From positions 1-47,952 of the forward strand of contig CALZQV010000001.1 of assembly GCA_945828295.1 (NCBI GenBank): DNA of 47,952 nt, written 5' to 3'. Below the pieces are notes generated by a model. That model was not told the origin of the DNA. It saw only the letters and a list, made by a program, of their open reading frames with translations, and made no database searches. How positions within the stretch are numbered: position 1 is the first letter of the stretch; each line of letters begins with the position of its first letter. A program made the translations under genes and the position numbers. The DNA comes from an uncultured Prevotellaceae bacterium. GTDB lineage: Bacteria; Bacteroidota; Bacteroidia; Bacteroidales; Bacteroidaceae. Below are positions 8,886 to 18,127 of this stretch, in pieces.

Positions 8886-8955
8886 GCCATCCACAGTCAA
8901 CTGCGAGGACAGTATGAAGGAACCAATTTTATTGTTTAACTATAATTATATCCAA

Positions 8956-9660
8956 ATGAAAAAGTATTTTTATTTGGCAGTTGCCCTTTGCATGGGCTTT
9001 GCCATGACATCGTGTGACGACGATGACGATGTTCCACCAGTTGTGAAAACCGCTACGCTCGACTTCGAAGGTGACAAGTGGACGAAGCTGATTGACAATC
9101 CCCAGTACGGCGGTCCGCTGATCTACAGCGCCGACGAGTACAAGTGGGAAGACAGCAATACAAAGCTCTCGTCTGAGTGCATCAAGGCCGACTGGACACA
9201 GTGGAACATGGGCTATGGCTGGAACAACGGTATTGCCATCTCCAACTATGTGGATGCCGAACACGCTACTTACATGTACCAGCTGTCAGTTCCTAAGACT
9301 AACGGAAGCAAGAATTTTGCTGTGGTATGGGACAGCAACAGCGCCCTAACCTTCACCGACGGAAAGGCACATGTGATTAAATCCATGCAGATCATGAACA
9401 CAACCTACGGCCTTGGCAGCATCAAGACCTCGCTGGGAGAAGGCTTCAAGTTCGCCGTCAAGGTTGCCGGCATGGTTGGCGAAGTGGAAAAAGGCAATCT
9501 GGAGATTGTGCTTGCCGAGGGTGCAACAGCCGTAGAAGATTGGACGACGGTCGACCTCAGCTCGCTGGGTGCCGTAACGGGCGTTGTATTCAACTTCGAG
9601 AGCACAGACGAGAATACCGCCAAGTACTTCGCCTTCGACAATGTCGTTGTTGAACTCTAA
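8956..9660 (+). CDS. Lipoprotein, DUF4465-like, first gene of the B12-riboswitch locus
   Basis: Signal peptide and lipobox MKKYFYLAVALCMGFAMTSC followed by an Asp run. The start was moved from 8725 because the extension lies on the riboswitch. The family call is from memory of DUF4465-type sequences. Confidence 0.65.
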   Translation: MKKYFYLAVALCMGFAMTSCDDDDDVPPVVKTATLDFEGDKWTKLIDNPQYGGPLIYSADEYKWEDSNTKLSSECIKADWTQWNMGYGWNNGIAISNYVDAEHATYMYQLSVPKTNGSKNFAVVWDSNSALTFTDGKAHVIKSMQIMNTTYGLGSIKTSLGEGFKFAVKVAGMVGEVEKGNLEIVLAEGATAVEDWTTVDLSSLGAVTGVVFNFESTDENTAKYFAFDNVVVEL

Positions 9661-9670
9661 CGCGTAGCGC

Positions 9671-10798
9671 GTGAAACTCTCTATCTATAATAATAAGTAT
9701 AAAGTGGTCATGCTGCTGTCAGCCTTCATGCTGGCGGCAGCATGTTCCAATTCCGACCCGGGCATCGAGCCCGAGGCGTTCGGGGCAACGGGCCGCGGCG
9801 TGTTCATCCTGTGCGAGGGCAACTACCAGGCCGGCAACAGCACGCTGTCGTACTACAACCCCGCGACGCGAGAGGTCGAGAACGGCATATTCCAGCGAGC
9901 CAACGGCGCCAAACTGGGCGACACGGGCCAGTCCATCCAGATATATGACGGGGTGGCCTATGTTGCCATGGAGAACAGTGGCATCATCTGGGCGCTGGAC
10001 ACCGCCACGTTCCGCGTGCGCGGACAGCTGACCGCCGGCGAGACGGAGCACATGATTAACCCGCGCTACATCCACTTCCTGTCCTCGGAAAAGGCCTACG
10101 TCACCGACCTCTACTCGCCCTACATCACCGTCTTCAACCCGCGCACAATGCAGTACACGGGCAGCATCTCCACGCGTCAGGCCATCTCGTTCGGCTACAG
10201 CTCGACGGAGGAAATGGTGCAGTGGGGCAACCGCGTATTCACGAACTGCTGGAGCTACTCCAACAAGATTCTGGTCATCGACACCACCCGCGACGTCGTG
10301 TGCGACAGCATCGTGCTCGATAGCTGGCAGCCCAAGAGCATGGCCCTGGACAGCCGAGGCAAGCTGTGGGTCATCACCGACGGCGGCTACTCGACGGGCG
10401 ACGATTCCTTTGGCGACAACATCCCCCACCTCTACTGCATCGACGCCACGACGCTCGCCATCGAAAGCGACCAGCCGCTGGACACCGACGAGGCCAACGT
10501 GCAGCTGGCCATGAACCCCGACCGCACGGTGCTCTACCTCATCAACAACGACGTCTACCGCATGGAGGTGACCGCCAGCCACGTCCCCGTGCGGCCCTTC
10601 ATCGAGGCCGGGCGCAACAAGAACGGCACCCGCAACTACCTCTACGGCATCGGCGTCGACCCCCACAACGGCGACATCTACGTGGGCGATGCCGTGGACT
10701 ACCGCCAGGCGGGCATGGTCTACCGCTACTCTGCCGAGGGCACGCTCATCGACCAGTTCCGCGTGGGCATAACCCCTAACGGGTTTGCGTTTAAGTGA
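9671..10798 (+). CDS. Beta-propeller surface lipoprotein (YncE/DUF5074-like; BtuG-type candidate)
   Basis: GTG start (alternative ATG at 9710) and lipobox LAAACS. Repeated propeller-like segments (GVFILCEGNY..., VAMENSGIIWALD..., LWVITDGGY..., IYVGDAVDY...). Sits in the B12 locus. Confidence 0.6.
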   Translation: MKLSIYNNKYKVVMLLSAFMLAAACSNSDPGIEPEAFGATGRGVFILCEGNYQAGNSTLSYYNPATREVENGIFQRANGAKLGDTGQSIQIYDGVAYVAMENSGIIWALDTATFRVRGQLTAGETEHMINPRYIHFLSSEKAYVTDLYSPYITVFNPRTMQYTGSISTRQAISFGYSSTEEMVQWGNRVFTNCWSYSNKILVIDTTRDVVCDSIVLDSWQPKSMALDSRGKLWVITDGGYSTGDDSFGDNIPHLYCIDATTLAIESDQPLDTDEANVQLAMNPDRTVLYLINNDVYRMEVTASHVPVRPFIEAGRNKNGTRNYLYGIGVDPHNGDIYVGDAVDYRQAGMVYRYSAEGTLIDQFRVGITPNGFAFK

Positions 10799-10827
10799 AG
10801 GGAAGGTGAAGGGAAGTTAAAGGGACG
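10795..10827 (+). repeat. 11-nt tandem repeat x3 overlapping the stop codon of the propeller gene
   Basis: Units are GTGAAGGGAAG, GTGAAGGGAAG and TTAAAGGGACG. Stop triplets at 10796, 10807 and 10818 fall in three different frames. Confidence 0.8.
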
Positions 10828-10840
10828 ATACTTTAGAATT

Positions 10841-12250
10841 ATGATTAATAGAATTATTTGTTTTTGTCTTTTCCTGACGCTGCTGGTGTCTTGCGGAGAA
10901 GACGATGCCGCACCGAAGCACGAAGAAGGCCCGCTGCCCGTGATTACGTGGGTCATGTCGTCGGGCCGCTTCCGCATCCAGACGGGCGAAAGCATACAGC
11001 TCGTGCCCGACATCGAGCACCTGGACGAGACCAGCGTCTACACCTGGACCATGGAGGGCGATACCATTGGTCACGACACTTACTACACCTTCACGACCGA
11101 CTCCGCCGGCGTCTACTTCATCCAACTGACCGTGAGCAACCGCTACGGAGCAGTGAGCGACGAAGTGAAGATCACCGTTGAGGAGGCCGAGAACACTGAG
11201 TTGCCCGAGATACCGGAGCACAGCGGATGGCGCTATCCCTGGTCGGGCATCAACGTGGCCCAGGGGCGCACCATCAACGTCGTGGCCTACGTGGACGGAC
11301 GACGGCTGAGCACCGTCTTCGCGGCCAGCGAGCAGGGCACCCACAAGGTGGTGCTCTCCGACGACGCCACGGGCCAAGAGCAGGAGTTCAATATCAACGT
11401 CTGTCCGCCCGCCGGCACCTACCGCCGCAGCAGTGAGGGACAGACCATGGTCAACCGCGTCTACGCCTACATGCCCGCCCCGGGCCACCAGGTGAACGGC
11501 TACATCATCACGGGCAAATCCTATCCCGACGACTGCACCCACGAGCAGGCCTGCGACTCGGTGCTGGCCCACTTCAGCCGCAAGTGGTCGGTGAGCCTTG
11601 GCGGACAGGGCGGCTACCTCATCGCCGGCTTCGACCACAGCGTGACAGCCGGCGGCGCCGACTACGACCTGTGCATCAAGGGCAACCCCTTCAGCTACCA
11701 GTCGGAGCCCGGCATCATCTGGGTGAGCCAGGACGACAACGGCGACGGACTGCCCAACGACCAGTGGTTCGAGCTGGCCGGCTCGGAATACGGCACCGAC
11801 AACCACGCCACGGAATACGCCATCACCTACTTCCGGCCCGAGAAGAAGAAGTCGGCCGTAGGCTGGCGCGACTCGAACAACGAAACGGGCTACATCCCCT
11901 ACATGAGCTACTGGAACCCCTCGGCCTACTACTGGCAGCCTTGGCAGATGGGCAGCACCGAGATGACCTTCTTCGGTTCGCGACTGCGCGACCGCAGCAC
12001 CTACGAGAACGGAATCTCCGACATTCCGCCCTACGACTGGGGCTACGCCGACAACCTGGGCGACCTCTTCAACGGACCGGCAGGCAAGATGGGATACTAC
12101 AAGATTGCCAACGCACGCACCTGGGACGGCAAGCCCGCCAACCTGGAGTATGTCGACTTCATAAAGGTGCAAACCGCGCAGACAGGCTCAACGCCCAACC
12201 TCGGGGAAATCAGCACCGAGGTGTACTACATCGGTGATTGCCACAATTGA
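10841..12250 (+). CDS. Surface lipoprotein with N-terminal PKD/Ig-like domains and a C-terminal globular domain (BtuH-type candidate)
   Basis: Lipobox LTLLVSCGEDD and a PKD-like segment VYTWTMEGD...VYFIQLTVSNRYGAVSDEVKITV. Lies immediately upstream of btuB. Confidence 0.55.
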   Translation: MINRIICFCLFLTLLVSCGEDDAAPKHEEGPLPVITWVMSSGRFRIQTGESIQLVPDIEHLDETSVYTWTMEGDTIGHDTYYTFTTDSAGVYFIQLTVSNRYGAVSDEVKITVEEAENTELPEIPEHSGWRYPWSGINVAQGRTINVVAYVDGRRLSTVFAASEQGTHKVVLSDDATGQEQEFNINVCPPAGTYRRSSEGQTMVNRVYAYMPAPGHQVNGYIITGKSYPDDCTHEQACDSVLAHFSRKWSVSLGGQGGYLIAGFDHSVTAGGADYDLCIKGNPFSYQSEPGIIWVSQDDNGDGLPNDQWFELAGSEYGTDNHATEYAITYFRPEKKKSAVGWRDSNNETGYIPYMSYWNPSAYYWQPWQMGSTEMTFFGSRLRDRSTYENGISDIPPYDWGYADNLGDLFNGPAGKMGYYKIANARTWDGKPANLEYVDFIKVQTAQTGSTPNLGEISTEVYYIGDCHN

Positions 12251-12345
12251 CAATGCACAATTGACAATGAAAAGATTATTAGTCCTGCTGGCGGTCCTTT
12301 GGGGCGGAGCTCAATTGTCCATTGTCCATTGTCAATTGTCCATGG
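12241..12345 (+). repeat. Hairpin with heptad-array arms spanning the btuB start codon and signal-peptide region
   Basis: Left arm 12241-12269 is CAATTGA/CAATGCA heptads. Right arm 12312-12345 is ATTGTCC/ATTGTCA heptads. The arms are complementary with about one mismatch per heptad. The loop is 42 nt. Confidence 0.8.
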
Positions 12346-14261
12346 ATCTTGACGAGGTGCAGGTGACGGGCCAGCGGCGACTGCGCGACACCGGCGTGCA
12401 GCGAACCGTCCTCGACTCGCTGGTGCTCCACCAGAACGTGGCCCTCTCCATGTCCGACATCCTCACGCAACACTCCACGCTCTTCATCAAAAGCTACGGG
12501 CGAGCCACCGAGTCGACAGCCGAATTCCGGGGCACCTCGCCCAGCCACACACAGGTCTTGTGGAACGGCATGAAAATCAACTCGCCCATGCTCGGCACCG
12601 TCGACTTCAGCACCATTCCGGCCTACTTCGTCGACCAGGCCAACCTGCTTCACGGCGCCTCGTCGCTCACCCTCACCGGAGGCGGACTGGGCGGCGCCGT
12701 CGACATGCACACGCTGCCCCTCTTCGACCAGGGCCACAGCCTGCAGTACATCCAGGGAGCCGGCTCGTTCCGCACGTTCGACCAGTTCCTGCGCTACACC
12801 TACGGCAACGAGCACTGGAGCAGCAGCACGCGCCTGGTCTACTCCACCTCGAAGAATGACTTCAAGTACACCAACTACGACAAGCTGGGCCACCCCACGG
12901 AGCGGAACAAGAGCGGATACTTCGACGACGTGCACGCCATGCAGGACGTCTACTACCGCGACGGCAAGGGGAACCGCATCGGACTGATGGGCTGGTACAC
13001 CCACAGCCTGCGCGGACTGCCCTTCCTGAGCGTCGACTACAAGAACAACACCGACTTCAAGAACGAGCACCGCCACGACGCCGCCCGCGCCGTGGTCAGC
13101 TGGGACCGCACGCTCGACCAGTGGAACGTGGGCGTTCGAGGAGGCTACCTCTGGCAGGACAACCGCTACGACTACTTCACGACGCGCGAGACCGTGAGCA
13201 CCGACATCACCCACGCCCGAAGCCGCAGCCAGCAGGGCTACGTGCAGGCCAACGCCGACTGGATGCCGCGCGCCAACTGGCTCGTGACGGCCGACCTGGC
13301 CCTCTACTACAACCACGTGCGCAGCACCGACAAAAGCCCCTTCCACATCGGCGACAACTACAACCTGGGGCGCATGGAGTACAACCTGAGCCTGTCGGCC
13401 AAATACAGGCCCGTCAAGAACCTCTCGCTCTCGGCCATCCTGCGCGAGGAATGCTACCGCCACGACTTTGTGCCCGTCATTCCAGCCCTCTTTGCCGAAT
13501 ACGTAATCCACCGGCCCTGGAACCTCGTGGTGAAAGCCTCCGTGGCGCGCAACTACCGCTACCCCTCGATGGACGATCTCTACTACAAACCGGGCGGCAA
13601 CCCCAACCTGCGCCCCGAGCGCGGCATCACCTACGACGGGGGCCTGGAGTGCCGCATCGAGAAAAAGCGCTACTCGCTGTCGGCCAACCTTTCGGCCTTC
13701 GACTCGTACATCACCGACTGGATTCTGTGGACGCCAAACGCCAAGGGCTACTGGCAGCCGTCGAACCTGAAGAAGGTGCACAACTACGGCACAGAGATGA
13801 CGGCCACGGCAATGGTCAGGATGAAACACCACTGGAAGCTCACGCTCACTGGGAACTACGCCTTCACGCCCAGCATCAACAAGAGCGAGCGCCTGGCCGA
13901 CAACGATGCTTCCTACGGCAAGCAGCTGGTCTACGTGCCGCGCCACTCCACCAACCTCTCGGGCCGCCTTTCGTGGAAGACGTGGACCCTCACTTACCAA
14001 TGGACCCACTACAGCGAACGCTTCACCACGACGAGCAACGACGTGTCGTACATCACTGGCCGGCTACGCCCCTACTTCATGAACGACATATCGCTGGAAA
14101 AGACCTTCCAATGGAGAAAATGCCACGCCTCGCTCAAGGGCTGCGTCAACAACCTCCTGGGCTCGGAATACGTCACCGTGCTGTCGCGCCCGATGGCTGG
14201 CCGCAACTTCGAAATCTTCCTGGAAATAAAGCCCCAGTGGCACAAACATAAAAAGAAATGA
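12267..14261 (+). CDS. btuB: TonB-dependent outer-membrane receptor, B12/corrinoid type by context
   Basis: 664 aa with a plug start DEVQVTGQRR and a C-terminal barrel (...NLLGSEYVTVLSRPMAGRNFEIFLEIK). Lies in the riboswitch-controlled locus. The start was moved from 12234. Confidence 0.85.
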   Translation: MKRLLVLLAVLWGGAQLSIVHCQLSMDLDEVQVTGQRRLRDTGVQRTVLDSLVLHQNVALSMSDILTQHSTLFIKSYGRATESTAEFRGTSPSHTQVLWNGMKINSPMLGTVDFSTIPAYFVDQANLLHGASSLTLTGGGLGGAVDMHTLPLFDQGHSLQYIQGAGSFRTFDQFLRYTYGNEHWSSSTRLVYSTSKNDFKYTNYDKLGHPTERNKSGYFDDVHAMQDVYYRDGKGNRIGLMGWYTHSLRGLPFLSVDYKNNTDFKNEHRHDAARAVVSWDRTLDQWNVGVRGGYLWQDNRYDYFTTRETVSTDITHARSRSQQGYVQANADWMPRANWLVTADLALYYNHVRSTDKSPFHIGDNYNLGRMEYNLSLSAKYRPVKNLSLSAILREECYRHDFVPVIPALFAEYVIHRPWNLVVKASVARNYRYPSMDDLYYKPGGNPNLRPERGITYDGGLECRIEKKRYSLSANLSAFDSYITDWILWTPNAKGYWQPSNLKKVHNYGTEMTATAMVRMKHHWKLTLTGNYAFTPSINKSERLADNDASYGKQLVYVPRHSTNLSGRLSWKTWTLTYQWTHYSERFTTTSNDVSYITGRLRPYFMNDISLEKTFQWRKCHASLKGCVNNLLGSEYVTVLSRPMAGRNFEIFLEIKPQWHKHKKK

Positions 14262-15376
14262 AATGCAGTAGACTCATAGGAATCCTTGCCGTGGCCATGC
14301 TTGCCTCCTGCGGCAGGCACACACAAGGCAGCACCGACCAGGGCGACACCATCCCCATGCACTATGCCCGCAACCTGACCATGGTGGCGCACGAGGGCTA
14401 CACCGAAGTGATGATTCGCAACCCCTGGGACACCACATGCGTGCTCCACCACTACGCCCTCGTGGAGCAGGGCAACCAGGCCACGCTGCCACACGGCGCC
14501 ACCGTGGTGAACGTGCCCCTCAGGCGCGCCGGCATATTCACGGCCGTGCATTGCGGACTGGTGAAGGAACTGGGCTGCGAACCCTCCATCCGCGGCATCT
14601 GTGAAATCGAGTACATCAACATCCCCAGCATACGCAAAGCCGTGAAGGAAGGCCGCGTGGCCAACTTCGGCAGCGCCATGGAGCCCACCATCGAGGTAAT
14701 CATGGACGCACAGCCCGACGGTCTGCTCATCTCGCCCTTCGAGAACTCGGGCGGCTACGGGCGCGTCGAGCGCCTTGGCATCCCCATCATCGAATGTGCC
14801 GACTACATGGAATACAGCCCTTTAGCGCGAGCCGAGTGGATGCGCTTCTACGGTCGGCTGTTCGGACAGGGCAAGCGGGCCGACAGCCTGTTCCTCAGCG
14901 TAGAGCAAAGCTACGTATCGCTGCGCGCCCGTGTCGGCAAGGTCGACCACCGGCCGACGCTCGTGGCCGAGAAACCCTATTCGGGCGTGTGGTATGTACC
15001 GGGGGGCAACAGCGCCATGGGCATCCTGTATCAGGACGCCGGAGCCGACTACCTGTTTGCCGACCGCCAGAAGAGCGGCAGCCTGGCGCTGTCCGTCGAG
15101 ACGGTGTTCGAGGTGGGCCAGCAGGCCGACATCTGGCTCATCAAGTACAACCAATCCACCCCGCTCACGCGGGAGCAGCTGAAGGCCGACTATCCGCTCT
15201 TCGCCCACTTCCGCTCGTTCCAGACGGGGCGCATCTACGGATGTAACCAGGAAACGTCGCGCTTCTACGAGGAGACGCCCTACCACCCCGACCGCCTGCT
15301 GTCGAATTTGGTGGAAATAATCCATCCCGAATTAGGAATAGAAGCAGGAAAAGCGTATTTTTGCAAGGTCGAGTAG
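14258..15376 (+). CDS. btuF: ABC-transporter periplasmic substrate-binding lipoprotein (BtuF/FecB class)
   Basis: Lipobox LAVAMLASCG. ATGA overlap with the btuB stop. The symbol is assigned by context. Confidence 0.75.
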   Translation: MKCSRLIGILAVAMLASCGRHTQGSTDQGDTIPMHYARNLTMVAHEGYTEVMIRNPWDTTCVLHHYALVEQGNQATLPHGATVVNVPLRRAGIFTAVHCGLVKELGCEPSIRGICEIEYINIPSIRKAVKEGRVANFGSAMEPTIEVIMDAQPDGLLISPFENSGGYGRVERLGIPIIECADYMEYSPLARAEWMRFYGRLFGQGKRADSLFLSVEQSYVSLRARVGKVDHRPTLVAEKPYSGVWYVPGGNSAMGILYQDAGADYLFADRQKSGSLALSVETVFEVGQQADIWLIKYNQSTPLTREQLKADYPLFAHFRSFQTGRIYGCNQETSRFYEETPYHPDRLLSNLVEIIHPELGIEAGKAYFCKVE

Positions 15377-15382
15377 TTCATT

Positions 15383-16396
15383 ATGAAACACACAACCGCC
15401 CTCATCGCCCTGTTCCTGTCCGTAGTGGTGCTGTTCGTGCTGTCGCTCTATAACGGCAGTGTCAGCATTCCCATGTCGGCCATCACCGACATCCTCATGG
15501 GGCGCAGCACGCCCGACCACCCCTCGTGGCAGTACATCGTGCTCGAGAACCGTCTGCCCCAGGCCATCACGGCATTGCTCAGCGGAGCCTCGCTCTCCGT
15601 TTCCGGCCTGCTGCTGCAAACGGCCTTCCGCAACCCCCTGGCCGGCCCGTCGGTGCTGGGCATCGACAGCGGTGCGCATCTGGGCGTGGCCCTCGTCATC
15701 CTTGTCGCAGGCGGAACCATGACCGCCGGCAGCCTGACCCTTGGCGGCTTTGCCCTGGTCATCCTTGCCGCGCTCGTCGGCGCCCTGGGCGTGATGGCCA
15801 TCCTGCTCATGCTCAGCCGCGTGCTGCAGAACAACGTCATGCTGCTCATTGCCGGCATGATGGTGGGATACATCGCCTCAAGCATGATAAGCCTGCTCAA
15901 CTTCAAGGCCACCGCCGAGGGCGTACATGCCATGACGCTGTGGGGCATGGGCTCGTTTTCGAGCGTCACGCTCGACCGCCTGCCCTACATGGTGGGCATC
16001 TGCCTCTTCGGGCTCACCCTGGCCTTCCTGCTCATCAAACCGCTGAACGCCTTGCTGCTGGGCGACTATTATGCCCGCAACCTGGGCATACACATCCGTC
16101 GCACACGCACCCTGCTGCTGCTCACCACCGGCCTGCTCACGGCAGCGTCGACCGCCTTCTGCGGCCCCATTGCCTTCATCGGACTGGCCGTCCCCCATCT
16201 GGCCCGCCTGTTCCTGGGCAGCGCCAACCATCGCACGCTCATGCCGGCCACGTTGCTCACGGGCGCCTCGCTCTCGCTCGTCTGCAACATCGTCAGCACC
16301 CTGCCGGGCGAGTCGGGCGTCATCCCCATCAACGTCATCACCCCCATCATCGGCGCCCCGGTCGTGCTGTGGGTAATCCTTCGTCTGGAACACTAA
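15383..16396 (+). CDS. btuC: FecCD-family ABC permease (BtuC type)
   Basis: 337-aa polytopic ORF with typical FecCD segments (LLSGASLSVSGLLLQ, GPIAFIGLAVPHLAR). Confidence 0.85.
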   Translation: MKHTTALIALFLSVVVLFVLSLYNGSVSIPMSAITDILMGRSTPDHPSWQYIVLENRLPQAITALLSGASLSVSGLLLQTAFRNPLAGPSVLGIDSGAHLGVALVILVAGGTMTAGSLTLGGFALVILAALVGALGVMAILLMLSRVLQNNVMLLIAGMMVGYIASSMISLLNFKATAEGVHAMTLWGMGSFSSVTLDRLPYMVGICLFGLTLAFLLIKPLNALLLGDYYARNLGIHIRRTRTLLLLTTGLLTAASTAFCGPIAFIGLAVPHLARLFLGSANHRTLMPATLLTGASLSLVCNIVSTLPGESGVIPINVITPIIGAPVVLWVILRLEH

Positions 16397-16439
16397 TCAG
16401 CAGACCCAAGGCACTCGGGCAAGGAAATGTTGAAATAAA

Positions 16440-16471
16440 TTTGACATTTCACGCACTTAATCGTATCTTTG
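16440..16471 (+). promoter_or_regulatory. Canonical Bacteroidetes promoter (TTTG -33, 20-nt spacer, TATCTTTG -7)
   Basis: TTTG at 16440-16443 and TATCTTTG at 16464-16471, 27 nt upstream of the GH20 ATG. Confidence 0.65.
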
Positions 16472-16498
16472 TAGCAAATAACCTTAAAACATAATCCC

Positions 16499-18127
16499 AT
16501 GAAAAGAATCCTTTCCCTTTTGAGTGCAGCCCTGGTGGCTCTCGTCTCGTATGCCCAAGTCAGCTACGAAGTGATTCCCCTGCCGCGCAGTATCGAACTT
16601 AGTCCGAAATCCGAAACCTTTACGCTGGCACAGGGTGCACTGGTAACCTTCGCCAGCGGGGATGACGCCATGGCGTCGAACGCTAAGCTGCTGGCCGACT
16701 ACCTGAAGAGCGACGCCAACTTCGACGTCAAGGTGCAGGCCGACGTCAAGAAGGGCGCATCCATCGTGCTGCAACTGGCCGACAGCAAGCAGAAGGCTAA
16801 AGCAAAGAAGGGCGCACCCGTTCTGTCCGAGGCACCCGAGGCCTACCTGCTCACCGTGGGCGAGGAGGGCGTGGCCATTAAGGCCAACACACCCGAGGGC
16901 GTGTTCCGTGGCATACAGACCCTGCGCAAGGCCATCGGCACCGAAGCCGGCGACAAGGTGGAACTGCCCTACGTAACCATTCAGGACGAACCCCGTTTCC
17001 CCTATCGCGGTGTGCACTTCGACTGCGCCCGCCACTACTTCTCCATCGATTTCCTCAAACAATTCATCGACGTGATGGCCCTGCACGGCTGCAACAACCT
17101 GCACTGGCACATCACCGAGGACCAAGGCTGGCGATTCGAAGTAAAGTCCATGCCTGAACTGGCCAAGAAGGGTAGCGTGAGAAAACAAACCGTGATTGGT
17201 CGCAACACCGGGCTCTACGACGGCAAGGAGTATGGTGGATACTACACCCAGCAAGAGTGCCGCGAGCTTGTCGACTATGCCGCCAAGCGCTTTATCAACA
17301 TTATTCCCGAAATCGACCTTCCCGGCCACATGCTTGGTGCGCTGCACGTTTATCCCGAGCTGGGATGCACCGGAGGCCCCTACGAGGTATGGCCCCACTG
17401 GGGCGTGTCGGCCGACGTGCTCTGTGCCGGTAATCCCAAGACGCTGGAGTTCCTGAAGAAGGTGCTCGACGAGGTGGCCGACGTGTTCCCCTCGAAATAC
17501 ATCCACATCGGCGGTGACGAGAGTCCACGCAACCGTTGGAAGGATTGTCCGAAGTGCCAGGCTAAGATGAAGGAACTGGGGCTGACGCGCGAGGCAGAGC
17601 TGCAGACCTATATTAATAAGGAACTGGAGGCCTACATGCAGAAGAAGGGACGCGACCTTATCGGCTGGGACGAGATACTGGAAGGCGGCCTGAGCGAGAA
17701 AGCCATCGTCATGTCGTGGCGCGGCTCAGAGGGTGGTATCGCAGCTGCACGCCAGCACCACCGCGTCATCATGTCGCCCAACAGCCACTGCTACATCGAC
17801 TACTATCAGCTCAAGGAACAATGGTACCAGCCAATGGCCATCGGTGGCTACCTGCCCATGTCGAAGGTGTACAGCTTTGAGCCCACGGCCGAACTCACGG
17901 AAGAGGAGGCTAAGTATATACTTGGCCCGCAGGTGAACCTCTGGACCGAATACGTTGCCTACCCCGAGCACGCCATGTATATGCTGCTGCCCCGTCTTGA
18001 CGCCATTAGCGAGGTACAGTGGATGGAGGCCGACAAGAAGGACTTTGAGAACTTCAAGAGCCGTCTGCCCCGAATGCTCAAGCTGTACCGCAAACTGGGC
18101 TACACCTACTGCTCGAAACAAGAATAA
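16499..18127 (+). CDS. Beta-N-acetylhexosaminidase (GH20), secreted
   Basis: 542 aa with a signal peptide. GH20 motifs RGVHFDCARHY, HWHITEDQGWR and HIGGDE. Confidence 0.9.
   Translation: MKRILSLLSAALVALVSYAQVSYEVIPLPRSIELSPKSETFTLAQGALVTFASGDDAMASNAKLLADYLKSDANFDVKVQADVKKGASIVLQLADSKQKAKAKKGAPVLSEAPEAYLLTVGEEGVAIKANTPEGVFRGIQTLRKAIGTEAGDKVELPYVTIQDEPRFPYRGVHFDCARHYFSIDFLKQFIDVMALHGCNNLHWHITEDQGWRFEVKSMPELAKKGSVRKQTVIGRNTGLYDGKEYGGYYTQQECRELVDYAAKRFINIIPEIDLPGHMLGALHVYPELGCTGGPYEVWPHWGVSADVLCAGNPKTLEFLKKVLDEVADVFPSKYIHIGGDESPRNRWKDCPKCQAKMKELGLTREAELQTYINKELEAYMQKKGRDLIGWDEILEGGLSEKAIVMSWRGSEGGIAAARQHHRVIMSPNSHCYIDYYQLKEQWYQPMAIGGYLPMSKVYSFEPTAELTEEEAKYILGPQVNLWTEYVAYPEHAMYMLLPRLDAISEVQWMEADKKDFENFKSRLPRMLKLYRKLGYTYCSKQE

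Noticed and set aside
8725-8955. N-terminal extension of the first B12-locus ORF (the ORF track starts it at 8725).
   Set aside because: The extension lies entirely on the cobalamin riboswitch, including the B12 box. A proper signal peptide and lipobox begins at the ATG at 8956.
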